The notes: generated from the sequence alone by a model not told the origin. Numbered from the stretch's first letter, positions 1 through 12,871 are shown. The stretch is 64,000 nt of DNA from Eledone cirrhosa (GCA_964016885.1 OZ024741.1:143158001-143222000); one strand, 5' to 3'. Program-made: numbers and translations.

Positions 1-2096
1 AAGGCGGCTGGTCCTTCGGAAATAGTTGCTGAGATGCTGAAGGCATCTGGTTCGGTGGGACACACCATGGTCACCCGGATAGTTAACCAAGTCGTACAGA
101 ATGGGGTTGTTCCGAAGGACTGGCGTAGCAGCATCATCGTTAACTGCTATAAGGGAAAAGGAGATGCCCTAGATAGAAGTAACTATAGAGGCATTAAATT
201 AATCGACCAGGTCATGAAGGTCACGGAAAAAGTAATAGCGCAACTAATCAGAGAGAGAATTGATCTAGATGAAATGCAGTTCGGGTTTGTGTCAGGCAAA
301 AGTACCACAGACGCTCTTTTCATTGTACAACAACTACAGGAGAAGTACCTAGCTAAAAGTAAACCCCTATACTTAGCTTTCGTCGACTTGGAGAAAGCCT
401 TCGACAGAGTCCCCCGTTCCATTATCTGGTGGTCTCTTAGAAAACTAGGTGTTGACGAATGGCTTGTGAGAGCTATACAAGCCATGTATAAAGAAACAGT
501 CAGTAAGGTTAGAATTAACAACGAATATAGTGAAGAGTTTAGCGTAAAAGTTGGTGTCCATCAGGGCTCTGTTCTTAGCCCCCTACTATTTATTATTGCC
601 CTTCAGGCTATAACAGAGGAGTTCAAGACTGGCTGCCCATGGGAACTCCTATACGCAGATGATCTAACGCTCATAGCTGAATCAATGACCGAACTAGAGA
701 AGAAATTCCAAACATGGAAGCACGGCCTAGAATCAAAAGGCCTTAAAATTAACCTGGCTAAGACTAAAGTTCTAGTTTGTAGGAAAGAAAATAAGGCGGC
801 AGTCCCATCTGGGAAATGGCCATGCTCAGTGTGTAGGAAAGGCGTAGGTAGAAACTCCATTTTATGTCCCAAATGCAAAGTATGGGTGCATAAAAGATGT
901 AGTGGGATCACAGGTAAGCTAAGAACAAAGATTTTACATGTGGCCGGTGCTCTGGTGCAATAAGTAGCAGCAAGTGCTCACAAAATACTAGCTCCTTCAA
1001 CTGCGCAGAGGGTTCTATAGAAATAGTGGACAGCTTCCGTTACCTGGGTGACAAAATCAGCAGTGGGGGAGGGTGCTCTGAAAGTACAGTAGCTAGAGTC
1101 AGAACTGGATGGAAAAAGTTCAGAGAGCTTATACCACTATTAGCCGCTAGAGGGTTCTCCCTAAAAATGAATGGCAGGTTATACGATGCCTGCATACGAA
1201 CAGCAATGCTGCATGGCAGTGAGACCTGGGCATTGTGTGCAGAGGATATACGCAGACTAGAGAGGAACGAAGCTTGCATGCTCCGCTGGATGTGCAATAG
1301 TAATATATGTGAACGGCAAAGCATAAACGAACTAAGGAAAAAATTAGAAATAAGAGGGATCAGATGTTGTTTACTCGAGAGAAGGCTACGTTGGTACGGT
1401 CACGTGATGCGCATGAAAGACGACAGCTGTATAACAAAGTGCAGGGCAATAAAGATAGATGGTAGCCACGGAGTAGGCAGACCCAGAAAAACATGGGACG
1501 AGCTGATAAATTCCGACCTCACACGCTTACACCTCTCCAAGACAATGTCACTGGACCGAGACCTTTGGCGGTACTCAGTAATAGAGAAGACCCGCCTTAC
1601 CTAAATACAAAGTAAAAACCTACTACAGTCAGTAGGCATCTCTATCAAAACACACCCCCGTCCCACCCACACCGCCCCTTTCAATGTAAAGTTATGTTGG
1701 TCCCACAACATCCAGGCCGAAACAAATGAGATCGTGTAGGTGTCACGACAAAAAAACACACAGTCCACGCTGTAAATGTGGCCGTGTAGGCAACACGGTA
1801 AAAACCTCCCAGCCCCACACTGTAAATGTGGTTGGTGTTAGGAAGGGCATCCAGCTGTAGAAAACCCGCCAGACAGTCCACGCTGTAAATGTGGCCGTGT
1901 AGGCAACACGGTAAAAACCTCCCAGCCCCACACTGTAAATGTGGTTGGTGTTAGGAAGGGCATCCAACTGTAGAAAACCCGCCAGACAGTCCTATGCGAG
2001 CAAGACAACCACTCTTGCCTCAAGAGGGACTACCCCCGTCCAAACCCATGCAAGCGTGGAACACGGACGCTAAACCTGATGATGATGATGATGATA
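1..2096 (+). mobile_element. RTE-clade LINE (subfamily A), cut by window edge; RT ORF broken by a 4-bp deletion near 920; 3'UTR and (GAT)n tail
   Basis: ORFs 34-963 and 1026-1604 carry NYRGIKL, QFGF, FVDLEKAFD, GVHQGSVLSP, LLYADD, FRYLG, LRWYGHV and GRPRKTW. The copy at 18131-18840 has the extra CTAA that restores the frame. Confidence 0.95.
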
Positions 2097-2127
2097 TATA
2101 TAATTATATATACACATATAAACATAC

Positions 2128-2203
2128 AAAGGAAGTGTGGTAAGAAACCAGGTGAACCATAGTGCACCAGAGTACACGATACTTAGGGTAGTAGAGTGGG
2201 TAA
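2128..2203 (-). repeat. Solo tail of the TAGGAA-ended foldback family
   Basis: Similar to 15335-15410 and to the reverse complement of 48727-48804 and 6871-6930; flanked by TA repeats. Confidence 0.75.
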
Positions 2204-2223
2204 TATATATATATATACACACA

Positions 2224-2564
2224 CACATATATATATATATATATCATCATCATTTCATTTTACGTCCGCTTTTCCCTGCTTGCAAGGGTGGGACGGGAAC
2301 TGATTCTGGCTTGATTTCTACAGCTGGATGCCCTTCCTAACACCAACCTCATTTACAGTGAGTGCTGGGTGCTTATTTGCCGTGGCACCTGCACGACCAC
2401 TTTGCAGTAGAATATGGACCCTAGGCCCTATCATCTCATTTCTACAGCTGAGTAAACTGGAGCAATGTGAAATAAAGTGTCTTGCTCAAGGAAACAACAC
2501 ATCACCCGGTCTGAGAATTGAACTCACAACCTTTCGATTGCAAGGCCAATGCTCTAACCACTAA
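2224..2564 (-). mobile_element. tRNA-head / CORE-like / RTE-tail SINE, 5'-clipped
   Basis: Reverse complement of the full copy at 19641-19986. Confidence 0.85.
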
Positions 2565-2775
2565 GATTCGTGAAACCTTTGGTAAATGGAATAATTGTCT
2601 TATGCTGTTTATTACATAATTAAATATATATATACATATATATGATGGAGACACATATTTGTTCTAGGGTCCTTATATATTTGATATATATTTATGCTTA
2701 TCGAGCCCTCTTTGGATTTTAGTCTTCACATTTATTATTATTACATATATACATATATGTAGATATACATATATT

Positions 2776-3549
2776 CTAGCAGAATGGCTCAGCGTTGCTC
2801 GGGCTTCTAAACATAGATTGGCATGTTTATCCCTCCTTTCTGAAACAGTACAGAGAAGTACGGAATACCTCGGCCCGGGGATGGTAGCTACATTTTGTGC
2901 TTATAAAAAAAATTTGTCGTAGATTACCAGGGGTTTAACTTAATTGGGTGCCTGAAAGTAAAATGTTCAATCCACGAAAGCCAAGACGATAGGGTTATGT
3001 AAAAAGGCATTCGACAAACCGAACATGTATTTGTTGTGCTATGGTACAATGAAAGCAATAGTTACAGAGCAGTAAGCATGTGGGACTGCAGTGGTCGAGA
3101 AGGAATTTAGAGCATGAAGGAATTTAGTTGGATAATTTTAAGGTTACAAAAATCTACTGAATCTGATATAGACCGAACTGTTATATCGGATGCCGACCGC
3201 TTCGGAGTTACTATTGGGGGTCACCATCAATAATTTCAAGTGATGTACATTTAAGTAGGGATAATATAGTCTATAAAGAGAGGTAACTTTCAAAATACTA
3301 AAGAGTTGTCTCTCTTTAACATTGTAGACAAAATTGCCGAACTAAAAGGGCTTAAAGTTTTAGTGAAAAAAACGCCTTTAACAACAGAAAATTGAAAAAT
3401 AAAAGGTGCAGTTAATATCTTTAGACCGCAAGGAATATATAAATGTAAGTTTGAAGTCAATCGGAGTCGAAATGTGGATTTGTATAGACTTTGCCAAATT
3501 TAGGGGAGACACACACACAGACAACTTCAGTTTTATATATATGTATAGA
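2776..3549 (-). mobile_element. Non-autonomous Helitron
   Basis: On the minus strand it starts A|TCTATACATATATATAAAA...GTCTGTGTGTG, contains ACTCCGATTGACTTCAAACTT, and ends with a degenerate CCCGAGCAACGCTGAG hairpin followed by CTAG. Confidence 0.7.
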
Positions 3550-3586
3550 TATACATATATATATATATACATATCATCATTATAAT

Positions 3587-4118
3587 CATCATCGTCGTGT
3601 AACTCCACGCTAGCATGGGTTTAGACGGGAATTGTCCCACGTGAGGCAAGATTGGTTGTCTTGTTCGTAGAGGACTGTCTGGCAGGTTTTCTACGGCTGG
3701 ATGCCCTTCCTAACACCAACCACGTTTACAGTGTGGACAGGGAGGTTTTTACCGTGTTACCTACATGGCCACATTAGTGTGGACTGTTGATTTTTTTGTC
3801 GTAACACCTACACGACCTCATTTATTTAGCACTGCATGTTGTGGCACCAACATAACTTTAGGTGTAGATGAGGGTGGGGGGTAAGGGTAGTGGGGGGGGG
3901 GGGGGGGGGGGTGTTTTTGGTTAGGAGGTGCCTACTGACTGTAGCTTTCGTTTTGTACTTAGGCAAGGCGGGTCTTCTGTATAACTGTGTAGCGCCAAAT
4001 ATCTCGGTCCAGTGACATTGTCTTGGAGATGTGTGTCTAAGGTCGGAATTTATCAAATCGTCCAAGGTTTTTCTGGGTCTACCTACTCCGTAGCTTCCGT
4101 CTATTTTAATCGCCCGGC
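3587..4118 (-). mobile_element. RTE LINE 3' fragment, followed by a short plus-strand tail at ~4135-4180
   Basis: [18 protein letters not shown] in the 3826-4218 ORF; 3'UTR similar to 1605-2096. Confidence 0.85.
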
Positions 4119-4207
4119 ATTTATATATAGATATAGCGTGGAAGATGGACGTTAAATGAAGATGATGATGATGATGATGACATATACATATATATATGCA
4201 TATATAT

Positions 4208-4815
4208 AAATTACACAATAATCAAAGCTATATTCAAATCATTTTATTGCTGACAATCGTTTCTTCCAAACATTCGTATGAATTCATCAGAAGCACTAGC
4301 AATGTTTGTACATATAATTAACCTCCTATTCAACTGAACAATCATATAGATAAATGGATATTAATGTTGTCATCAACAGTTTCGTATTTACAGAGTGGAA
4401 TGGATGTGTGCATAGATTACAAGAGAATTGTACAATAGTTAAAATTAAAAATTAAAAAGGCACAGAGTGGAATGCATGCGACAGAGATTACAAGGGAATA
4501 GTATAATCATTTAAGTTGCTCGTAAAACGAGGACACTAGCAGTACATATGCAAGCGTATAGAGAGTGCAAATGCATTAGGCATATACAGGAAGGAAACAA
4601 GCAATGGTATTAGGCATATATAATTACTGCATAGCAAACGTATCACATAAAATAACAGGTTTACAAGCATATTAAGCAGGCAAAAGATATATATTCCGGC
4701 TCTATAAAACATCTGATATATTTACATTGAGCTATTTTTCTTACTGGTAATAAGGTAGTAATGAATTACTGACCTTTCCTATTTATAGTTGTATATAGTG
4801 TATACATAACTATAA
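4208..4815. mobile_element. Penelope-like pLTR remnant: inverted arm (~4208-4700) plus forward tail (~4700-4815)
   Basis: 4208-4700 is the reverse complement of ~40450-40920, while 4700-4815 matches 40933-41000 in the same orientation; contains a hammerhead motif. Confidence 0.6.
4247..4295 (-). ncRNA. Degenerate minimal hammerhead ribozyme
   Basis: Minus strand reads TGCTT-CTGATGA-(20 nt)-GAAA-CGATT-GTC-AGCAA; paralog of 40833-40879. Confidence 0.55.
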
Positions 4816-4829
4816 ATAATATTATTATT

Positions 4830-6089
4830 ATATACATATATACATACATATATATATACATATATATATATATAGATACACATACATACACACATGTATA
4901 TATATATATATATACATATATACACATACACACATATATATATATATACACACATACACACACACATATATATACATATATACACACACAGATACATATA
5001 TATACATATATATATACATATATATACATATATATATACATACATATATACACACACACATATATATATATATATACATACATATATACACACAGATATA
5101 TATATATACATACATACATACACACACATATATATATATCATATATATATATACATATATACACACACATATATATATCATATATATATATATATACATA
5201 TATACACATATATATATATACATATATACATATATACACATATATATATATACATACATATATACAAATACATATGCGAGCAAGACAATCACTCTTGCCT
5301 CAAGTGGGACTACCCCCGTCCAAACCCATGCAAGCGTGGAACACGGACGTTAAACGTTGATGATGATGATGATGATGATATATACAAATACATACCTATA
5401 TACATACACATATACAAATACATACCTATATACATACACATATATATACATATACATATATACATACACACATATATATATATATATATATATACATATA
5501 CATACATATATACATATGTATATACATACATATATACATACATATATATATATATACATATATATACAAATATATATATATACATACATATATACATACA
5601 TATATATATATACATATATATACATATATATATATACATACATATATACATACATATATATATATATACATATATATACATATATATATACATACATATA
5701 TATATACATATATATATATATACATATACATATCTATATATATATACACATACATATATACATATATATATATATACATATGTATATACATATATACATA
5801 AATATATATACATATATACACATATATATATATATACACATATATATATATATACACATATATATATATATACATAAATATATATACATATATACACATA
5901 TATATACATAAATATATACACATATATATACATATATATATACATATATGTGTATATATATATATGTATATATATATACATATATATATATACATATATA
6001 TATATATCCATATATATATATATACATATATATATATCCATATATATATATATCCATATATATATATATACACATATATATATATACAC

Positions 6090-6154
<65 letters not shown>

Positions 6155-6240
6155 CACATATATATATATATACATATATATACATATATATATATATATA
6201 CATATATACATATATATATATACATACATATATATACATA
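4830..6240. repeat. (TA)n/(TACA)n compound microsatellite containing a ~100-bp RTE 3' tip (5276-5378)
   Basis: Direct reading. Confidence 0.95.
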
Positions 6241-6930
6241 TAGGAACAAGTAAGACCCCGACGGCTGAGCTCAACCCGTTTCGATGGCTAATTCTGGACT
6301 GAATGAAAATTTATTCTGGTATTTAAATAGCCAAGCTTATCAAGGGGTAATTCCATATATGGTCAAAGAGATAATCACCAGGGTTGGTCACATCACAAGT
6401 TAGTAGTAAATCTGTGATAGCAAATTGGTAGGGGAAGGGGTAGCTGAACCTGCCTGTAGGAGAAAAAGGGAGAGGGGTGGAGTAAACCCATTCATGCATT
6501 GGTAGTGCCAGCTACAGCTGGGTGTGAGGTCAAAGAAGATAAGGGGGAGGGGGGAGGAAGTCCAGACGGTAAGTAGAACAATGAGGGTAAAACTATAAAA
6601 AGTACTACCAAAGCATGAATGGGTCTACTCCACCCCCTATCCCTTTTTCCCCTACCAGCAGGTTCAGCTACCCCTTCCCCTACCAATTTGCTATCACAGA
6701 TTTACTACTAACTTGTGATGTGACCAACCCTGGTGATTATCTCTTTGACCATATATGGAATTACCCCTTGATAAGCTTGGCTATTTAAATACCAGAATAA
6801 ATTTTCATTCAGTCCAGAATTAGCCATCGAAACGGGTTGAGCTCAGCCGTCGGGGTCTTACTTGTTCCTATTACCCACTCTACTACCCTAAGTATGGTCC
6901 ACCTGGTTCCTTACCACATTTCCTTCGTTA
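6241..6930 (+). mobile_element. Foldback element: ~265-bp inverted arms (6241-6506 / 6604-6870) plus ~60-bp tail; probably PLE-derived
   Basis: TAGGAACAAGTAAGACCCC... is the reverse complement of ...GGGGTCTTACTTGTTCCTA; the outer ~210 bp look perfectly complementary. Confidence 0.8.
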
Positions 6931-6955
6931 TATATACATATATATATATACATAC

Positions 6956-6989
<34 letters not shown>

Positions 6990-7245
6990 AAATACATATA
7001 CATATATATATATACATATATATATACATATGTATATATATATACATATGTATATATACATATATATATATATACATATAAATATATATACATATATATA
7101 TACATATATATATGCATATGTATATATATATACATATGTATATATACATATATATATATATACATATAAATATATATACATATATATATACATATATATA
7201 TGCATATGTATATATACATATATAAATATATATATATATATATAT

Positions 7246-7607
7246 ACTCCAGCCAGTAGGCATCTCTAACAAAATACACCCCGTCCCACCACCCCCACCC
7301 CACCCCATTCTATGTAAAGTTATGTTGGTGCCGCGCCATCCAGGCCGAAACAAATGAGATCGTGTAGGTGTCACGACAAAAAAACACACAGTCCACGCTG
7401 TAATGTGGCCGTGTAGGCAACACGGTAAAAACCTCCCAGACCCACACTGTAAATGTGGTTGGTGTTAGGAAGGGCATCCAACTGTAGAAAACCTGCCAGA
7501 CAGTCCTATGCGAGCAAGACAATCACTCTTGCCTCAAGTGGGACTACCCCCGTCCAAACCCATGCAAGCGTGGAACACGGACGTTAAACGTTGATGATGA
7601 TGATGAT
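7246..7607 (+). mobile_element. RTE-A 3'UTR copy
   Basis: Matches the 3'UTR of 1-2096 and ends in (GAT)n; near-identical inverted partner at 7680-8060. Confidence 0.9.
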
Positions 7608-7617
7608 ATACATATAT

Positions 7618-7662
<45 letters not shown>

Positions 7663-7679
7663 TATGTATATATATATAC

Positions 7680-8498
7680 ATCATCATCATCATCATCAAC
7701 GTTTAACGTCCGTGTTCCACGCTTGCATGGGTTTGGACGGGGGTAGTCCCACTTGAGGCAAGAGTGATTGTCTTGCTCGCATAGGACTGTCTGGCAGGTT
7801 TTCTACAGTTGGATGCCCTTCCTAACACCAACCACATTTACAGTGTGGGTCTGGGAGGTTTTTACCGTGTTGCCTACACGGCCACATTACAGCGTGGACT
7901 GTGTGTTTTTTTGTCGTGACACCTACACGATCTCATTTGTTTCGGCCTGGATGGCGCGGCACCAACATAACTTTACATAGGACGGGGTGGTGTGGATGGG
8001 GTGGTGGTGGTAGTGGTGGGACGGGGTGTATTTTGTTAGAGATGCCTACTGGCTGGAGTAGGTTTTACTATATATTTAGGTAAGGCGGGTCTTCTCTGTT
8101 ACTGAGTACCGCCAAAGGTCTCGGTCCAGTGACATTGTCTTGGAGAGGTGTAAGTGTGTGAGGTCGGAGTTTATCAGCTCGTCCCAGGTTTTTCTAGGTC
8201 TGCCTATTCCGTGGCTACCGTCTATCTTTATTGCCCTGCACTTTGTTATACAGCTATCGACTTTCATGCGCATCACGTGTCCATACCAACGTAGCCTTCT
8301 CTCGAGTAAACAGCATCTGATCCCTCTTATCTCTAATTTTTTCCTTAGTTCGTTTATGCTTTGCCGTTCACGTATATTACTGTTACACATCCAGCGGAGC
8401 ATGCAAGCTTCGTTCCTCTCTAGTCTGCGTATATCCTCTGCACACAATGCCCATGTCTCACTGCCATGCAACATTGCTGTTCGTATGCAGGCATCGTA
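7680..8498 (-). mobile_element. RTE-A, 5'-truncated
   Basis: [15 protein letters not shown]...LRWYGHV...EKTRLT* followed by 3'UTR. Confidence 0.9.
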
Positions 8499-8604
8499 CA
8501 TATATATATATATACATATATATATATGTATATATATATACATATATATATATACATATATATATACATATATATATATACATATATGTATATATACATA
8601 TATG

Positions 8605-8658
<54 letters not shown>

Positions 8659-8914
8659 CATATATATATACATATATATACATATATATATACATATATA
8701 TATACATATATATATACATATATATATATACATATATATATATATGTATATATATATACATATATATATACATATATATATATACATATATATATACATA
8801 TATATATATACATATATATATATATATGTATATATATATACATATATATATACATATATATATATACATATAAATATATATATACATATATATATACATA
8901 TATATATATACATA

Positions 8915-10345
8915 TCATCATCATCATATGTCCGCTCTTCCCTGCTTGCAAGGGTGGGACGGGTCTTATTCAGCACAGCATCTCTCCACTCGTCACGGTC
9001 CTTCGTTATCTCCACCGTGAGTTTCAGCGATCTGAGGTCTGTTCTCACCACCTCCGCCCATGTTTTTCGTGGTCTACCTCTACCATGTCTTCCTTCAACT
9101 GGCATTTCCATCGGTCATCCTCCATGCGCATCACATGTCCATACCACCTCAGTCGCCTCTCCCGTACACTACATTCTATCCCTCTCAGACACAATTTCTC
9201 TCTCAACACATTCATGCTGGGTCGTTCACGCACATTGACACTGCACATCCAACGGAGCATGCTTGCCTCATTTCTCTCCAGCCGTCGCATATCCTCTGCA
9301 AGTACTGCCCATGTCTCACTACCATGCAGCATCGCGCTCCTTACACAGGCATCATATAACCGGCCTTTCATACGCAGAGAGAAACCCCTTTTCGTCAGCA
9401 GAGGAAGCAGCTCCCTAAACGACTTCCAACCCGCCCTTATTCTAGATACTATGGCCTCGGAACACCCTGCCTCCCATGTTAATCTGATCTCCTAGATACT
9501 GGAAGCTATCCATCACTTCTATAGCACCCGCCTGCATTTGAAAAATGTGTCTATCAATGCGACTTCTACTGTCTAATTTCCCTGTACATCTACTGCATAC
9601 ATATTTCTCCCTACCTGTTAGTTTGCCTGCTATCCCGCTACATCTCTTGTGTACCCAGGATCTGCATTGTGTGCATTTTATAGAATTTATGCCAGTTCCT
9701 TTTCTGTATATCGAACATGGCCATTTCTCTGACGGAATCAGAGTTTTGTCCTCTTTTCTATTCATCAACATAGCCAGAATTTATTCTCTAGCTCCCCTAC
9801 TGATTGTGCTATAAGAACCAGATTGTCAGCATAGAGAAGTTCCCATGGACAGCCAGTCTTAAACTCCTCTGTTATGGCTTGGAGGACTATACTGAACAAG
9901 AGTGGGCTGAGGACCGAACCTTGATGTACTCCTACTTGTATCTGGAATTCCTCACTAAATTCCATTCCTACCCTGACTTTACTGACAGTACCTCTGCACA
10001 AAGTTTGCACTGTCCTCACAAGCCATTCCTCAACAGTTAGTTTCCTTAGGGACCACCCGATGACAGATCGGGGTACCCTATCAAAGGCCTTCTCTAGGTC
10101 AACAAAGGCTAAGTATAGTGGCTTATTTTTCTCTAAGAACCTCTCTTGCAATTGTCTCACCAAGAATAGGGCATCTGTTGTACTCTTCCCAGGCACAAAA
10201 CCAAACTGCATCTCATCTAATTTGACCCTTTCTCTAATTAGTCGTGCTAATATCCTTTCTGCCACTTTCATAACCTGATCCATCAGTTTTATACCCCTAT
10301 AATTGCTCCTCTCCAGAGCATCCCCTTTACCTATATAGCATCTAT
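8915..10345 (-). mobile_element. RTE LINE subfamily B, decayed RT
   Basis: ORFs 9765-10454, 9442-9771 and 9045-9371 carry RT motifs and the Cys/His finger; short 3'UTR with (GAT)n. Confidence 0.9.
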
Positions 10346-10403
10346 ATATATATATATACATATTCACACACACACATATATATATATATACACACACACA
10401 TAC

Positions 10404-10439
<36 letters not shown>

Positions 10440-10772
10440 CATCATCACCATCATTTCATTTTACGTCCACTTTTTTCCCTGCTTGCAAGGGCGGGACGGG
10501 AACTTGATTTCTACAGCTAGATGCCCTTCCTAACACCAACCTCATTTACAGTGAGTGCTGGTGCTTTTTTGCCGTGGCACCTCCACGATCACTTTGCAGT
10601 GGAATGATAAGGACCCCAATCCCTATCATCTCATTTCTACAGCTGAGTAAACTGGAGCAATGTGAAATAAGGTGTCTTGCTCAAGGAAACAACACATCAC
10701 GCGGTCTGAGAATTGAACTCACAACCTTTCGATTGAAAGGCCAATGCTCTAACTACTAAGCCATGTGCCTCC
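10440..10772 (-). mobile_element. tRNA/CORE-like/RTE-tail SINE, near full length
   Basis: Reverse complement of 19641-19986. Confidence 0.85.
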
Positions 10773-11337
10773 ATATATATATATACATATATACACACAT
10801 ATATATATACATATATCATCATCATCATCGTCGTTTAACGTCCATGTTCCACGCTTGGAACATTGACGTATATATATGTATGTATGTATATATATATGTA
10901 TGTATATATATATATGTATATATATATATACATATATATATACATATATATACATATATATATACATATATATACACATATATATACATATATATACATA
11001 CATATATATATATATACATATACATATATATATATATACATATACATATATATATATACATATACATACATACATATATATATACATATACATATATATA
11101 TATACATATACATACATACATATATATATACATATACATACATATATATATACATATACATACATATATATATACATATACATACATACATATATATATA
11201 TACATACATATATATATATACATACATATATATATACATATACATACATACATACAGACATACATCTATATATATATACATACATATATATATATATACA
11301 TATACATACATACGTATATATACATACATACATATAT

Positions 11338-11395
11338 ACTTAGGTTAATAGGAGTTAGGTACTGTATACCCGTGTCCCATTAAGGTATTGGCAGC
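11338..11395. repeat. 58-bp island inside a microsatellite; second copy at 29376-29433
   Basis: ACTTAGGTTAATAGGAGTTAG...GTGTCCCATTAAGGTATTGGCAGC; two differences between the copies. Confidence 0.85.
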
Positions 11396-11680
11396 ATATA
11401 TATATACATACATATATACATATATACATACATACATACATATATATATATATATACATACATATATATATATACATACATATACATACATATATATATA
11501 TACATACATATACATACATACATATATATACATACATACATATATATATACATATACATACATATATATATACATATACATACATATATATATATACATA
11601 TACATACATATATATATACATATACATACATACATATATATACATACATATACATACATACATATATATATATACATACA

Positions 11681-11711
<31 letters not shown>

Positions 11712-12233
11712 TCATCATCATCATCGTTTAACGTCCATGTTCCACGCTTGCATGGGTTTGGACGGGAGTTTTCCCACTTGAGGCAAGAGTGGTTGTCTTG
11801 CTCGCATAGGACTGTCTGGCGGGTTATCTACAGACCCGCCTTACCTAAATACAAAGTAAAACCTACTACAGTCAGTAGGCATCTCTATCAAAACACCCCC
11901 GTCCCACCCACCCCACCCCATCCACACCGCCCCTTTCAATGTAAAGTTATGTTGGTGCCACAACATCCAGGCTGAAACAAATGAGAACGTGTAGGTGTCA
12001 CGACAAAAAAAACACAGTCCACGCTGTAATGTGGCCGTGTAGGCAACACGGTAAAAACCTCCCAGCCCCACACTGTAAATGTGGTTGGTGTTAGGAAGGG
12101 CATCCAGCTGTAGAAAACCCGCCAGACAGTCCTATGCGAGCAAGACAACCACTCTTGCCTCAAGTGGGAAAACCCCCCGTCCAAACCCATGCAAGCGTGG
12201 AACACGGACGTTAAACGTTGATGATGATGATGA
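11712..12233. mobile_element. Two RTE-A 3' ends fused head-to-head (minus 11712-11826, plus 11834-12233)
   Basis: (ATC)n on the left and (GAT)n on the right; junction GGCGGGT-TATCTACAG-ACCCGCC. Confidence 0.85.
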
Positions 12234-12285
12234 TATACATATATATATATATAGATATTCATATATATATACATATATACACATA

Positions 12286-12813
12286 TCATCATCATCATCT
12301 TCGATTAACGTCCATTTTCCACGCTAGCATGGGTTAGACGGGAGTTGTTCCACTTAAGACAAGGCTGGTCAGGTGACCGTGTCTCGCTCATATAGGACTA
12401 TCTGGGAAGTTTTCTATGACTGGATGCCCTTCCTAACAACAACCACATTTACAGTGTGGAACTGGGAACCTTTTACCGTGTTACCTACATGGCCACATTA
12501 CAGCGTGGACTGTGTGTTTTTTTCTCGTGACATTATCTCATTTATTTGGACTGGATGTTGTGGTACTAACTTTATAGAGAGAGGCTGGGTAGGGGTAGTG
12601 GATTGGGGTCTATATTTGGTTAAGAGGTGCCTACTGACTGTAGGTTTCGCTTTGTACATAGGCAAGGCGGGTCTTCTGTATTACTGCGTAGCGCCAAAGA
12701 TCTCGGTCCAGTGACATTGTCTTATAGAGGTGCAAGTGTGTAAGGTCGGAATTTATTAGATCGTCCCAGGTTTTTCTGGGTCTACCTACTCCATAACTAC
12801 TATCAATTTTGAT
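12286..12813 (-). mobile_element. RTE 3' fragment with a probable ~35-bp target-site duplication
   Basis: IKIDSSYGVGRPRKTW ORF remnant; ATATATATAGATATTCATATATATATACATATATA at 12245-12279 and 12815-12849. Confidence 0.85.
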
Positions 12814-12871
12814 CATATATATAGATATTCATATATATATACATATATATATATACAGATATATATACATA

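Noticed and set aside
1681-2023. Recurrent '[12 protein letters not shown]' ORFs
   Set aside because: Antisense readings of the RTE/SINE 3'UTR; frames are not conserved between copies.
6805-6850. Possible hammerhead in the TAGGAA family (CGAAACGGGTT)
   Set aside because: No CUGANGA or compensated core and no stem I; the 48676 copy folds as a simple AGCCGT-CGAA-ACGGCT hairpin.
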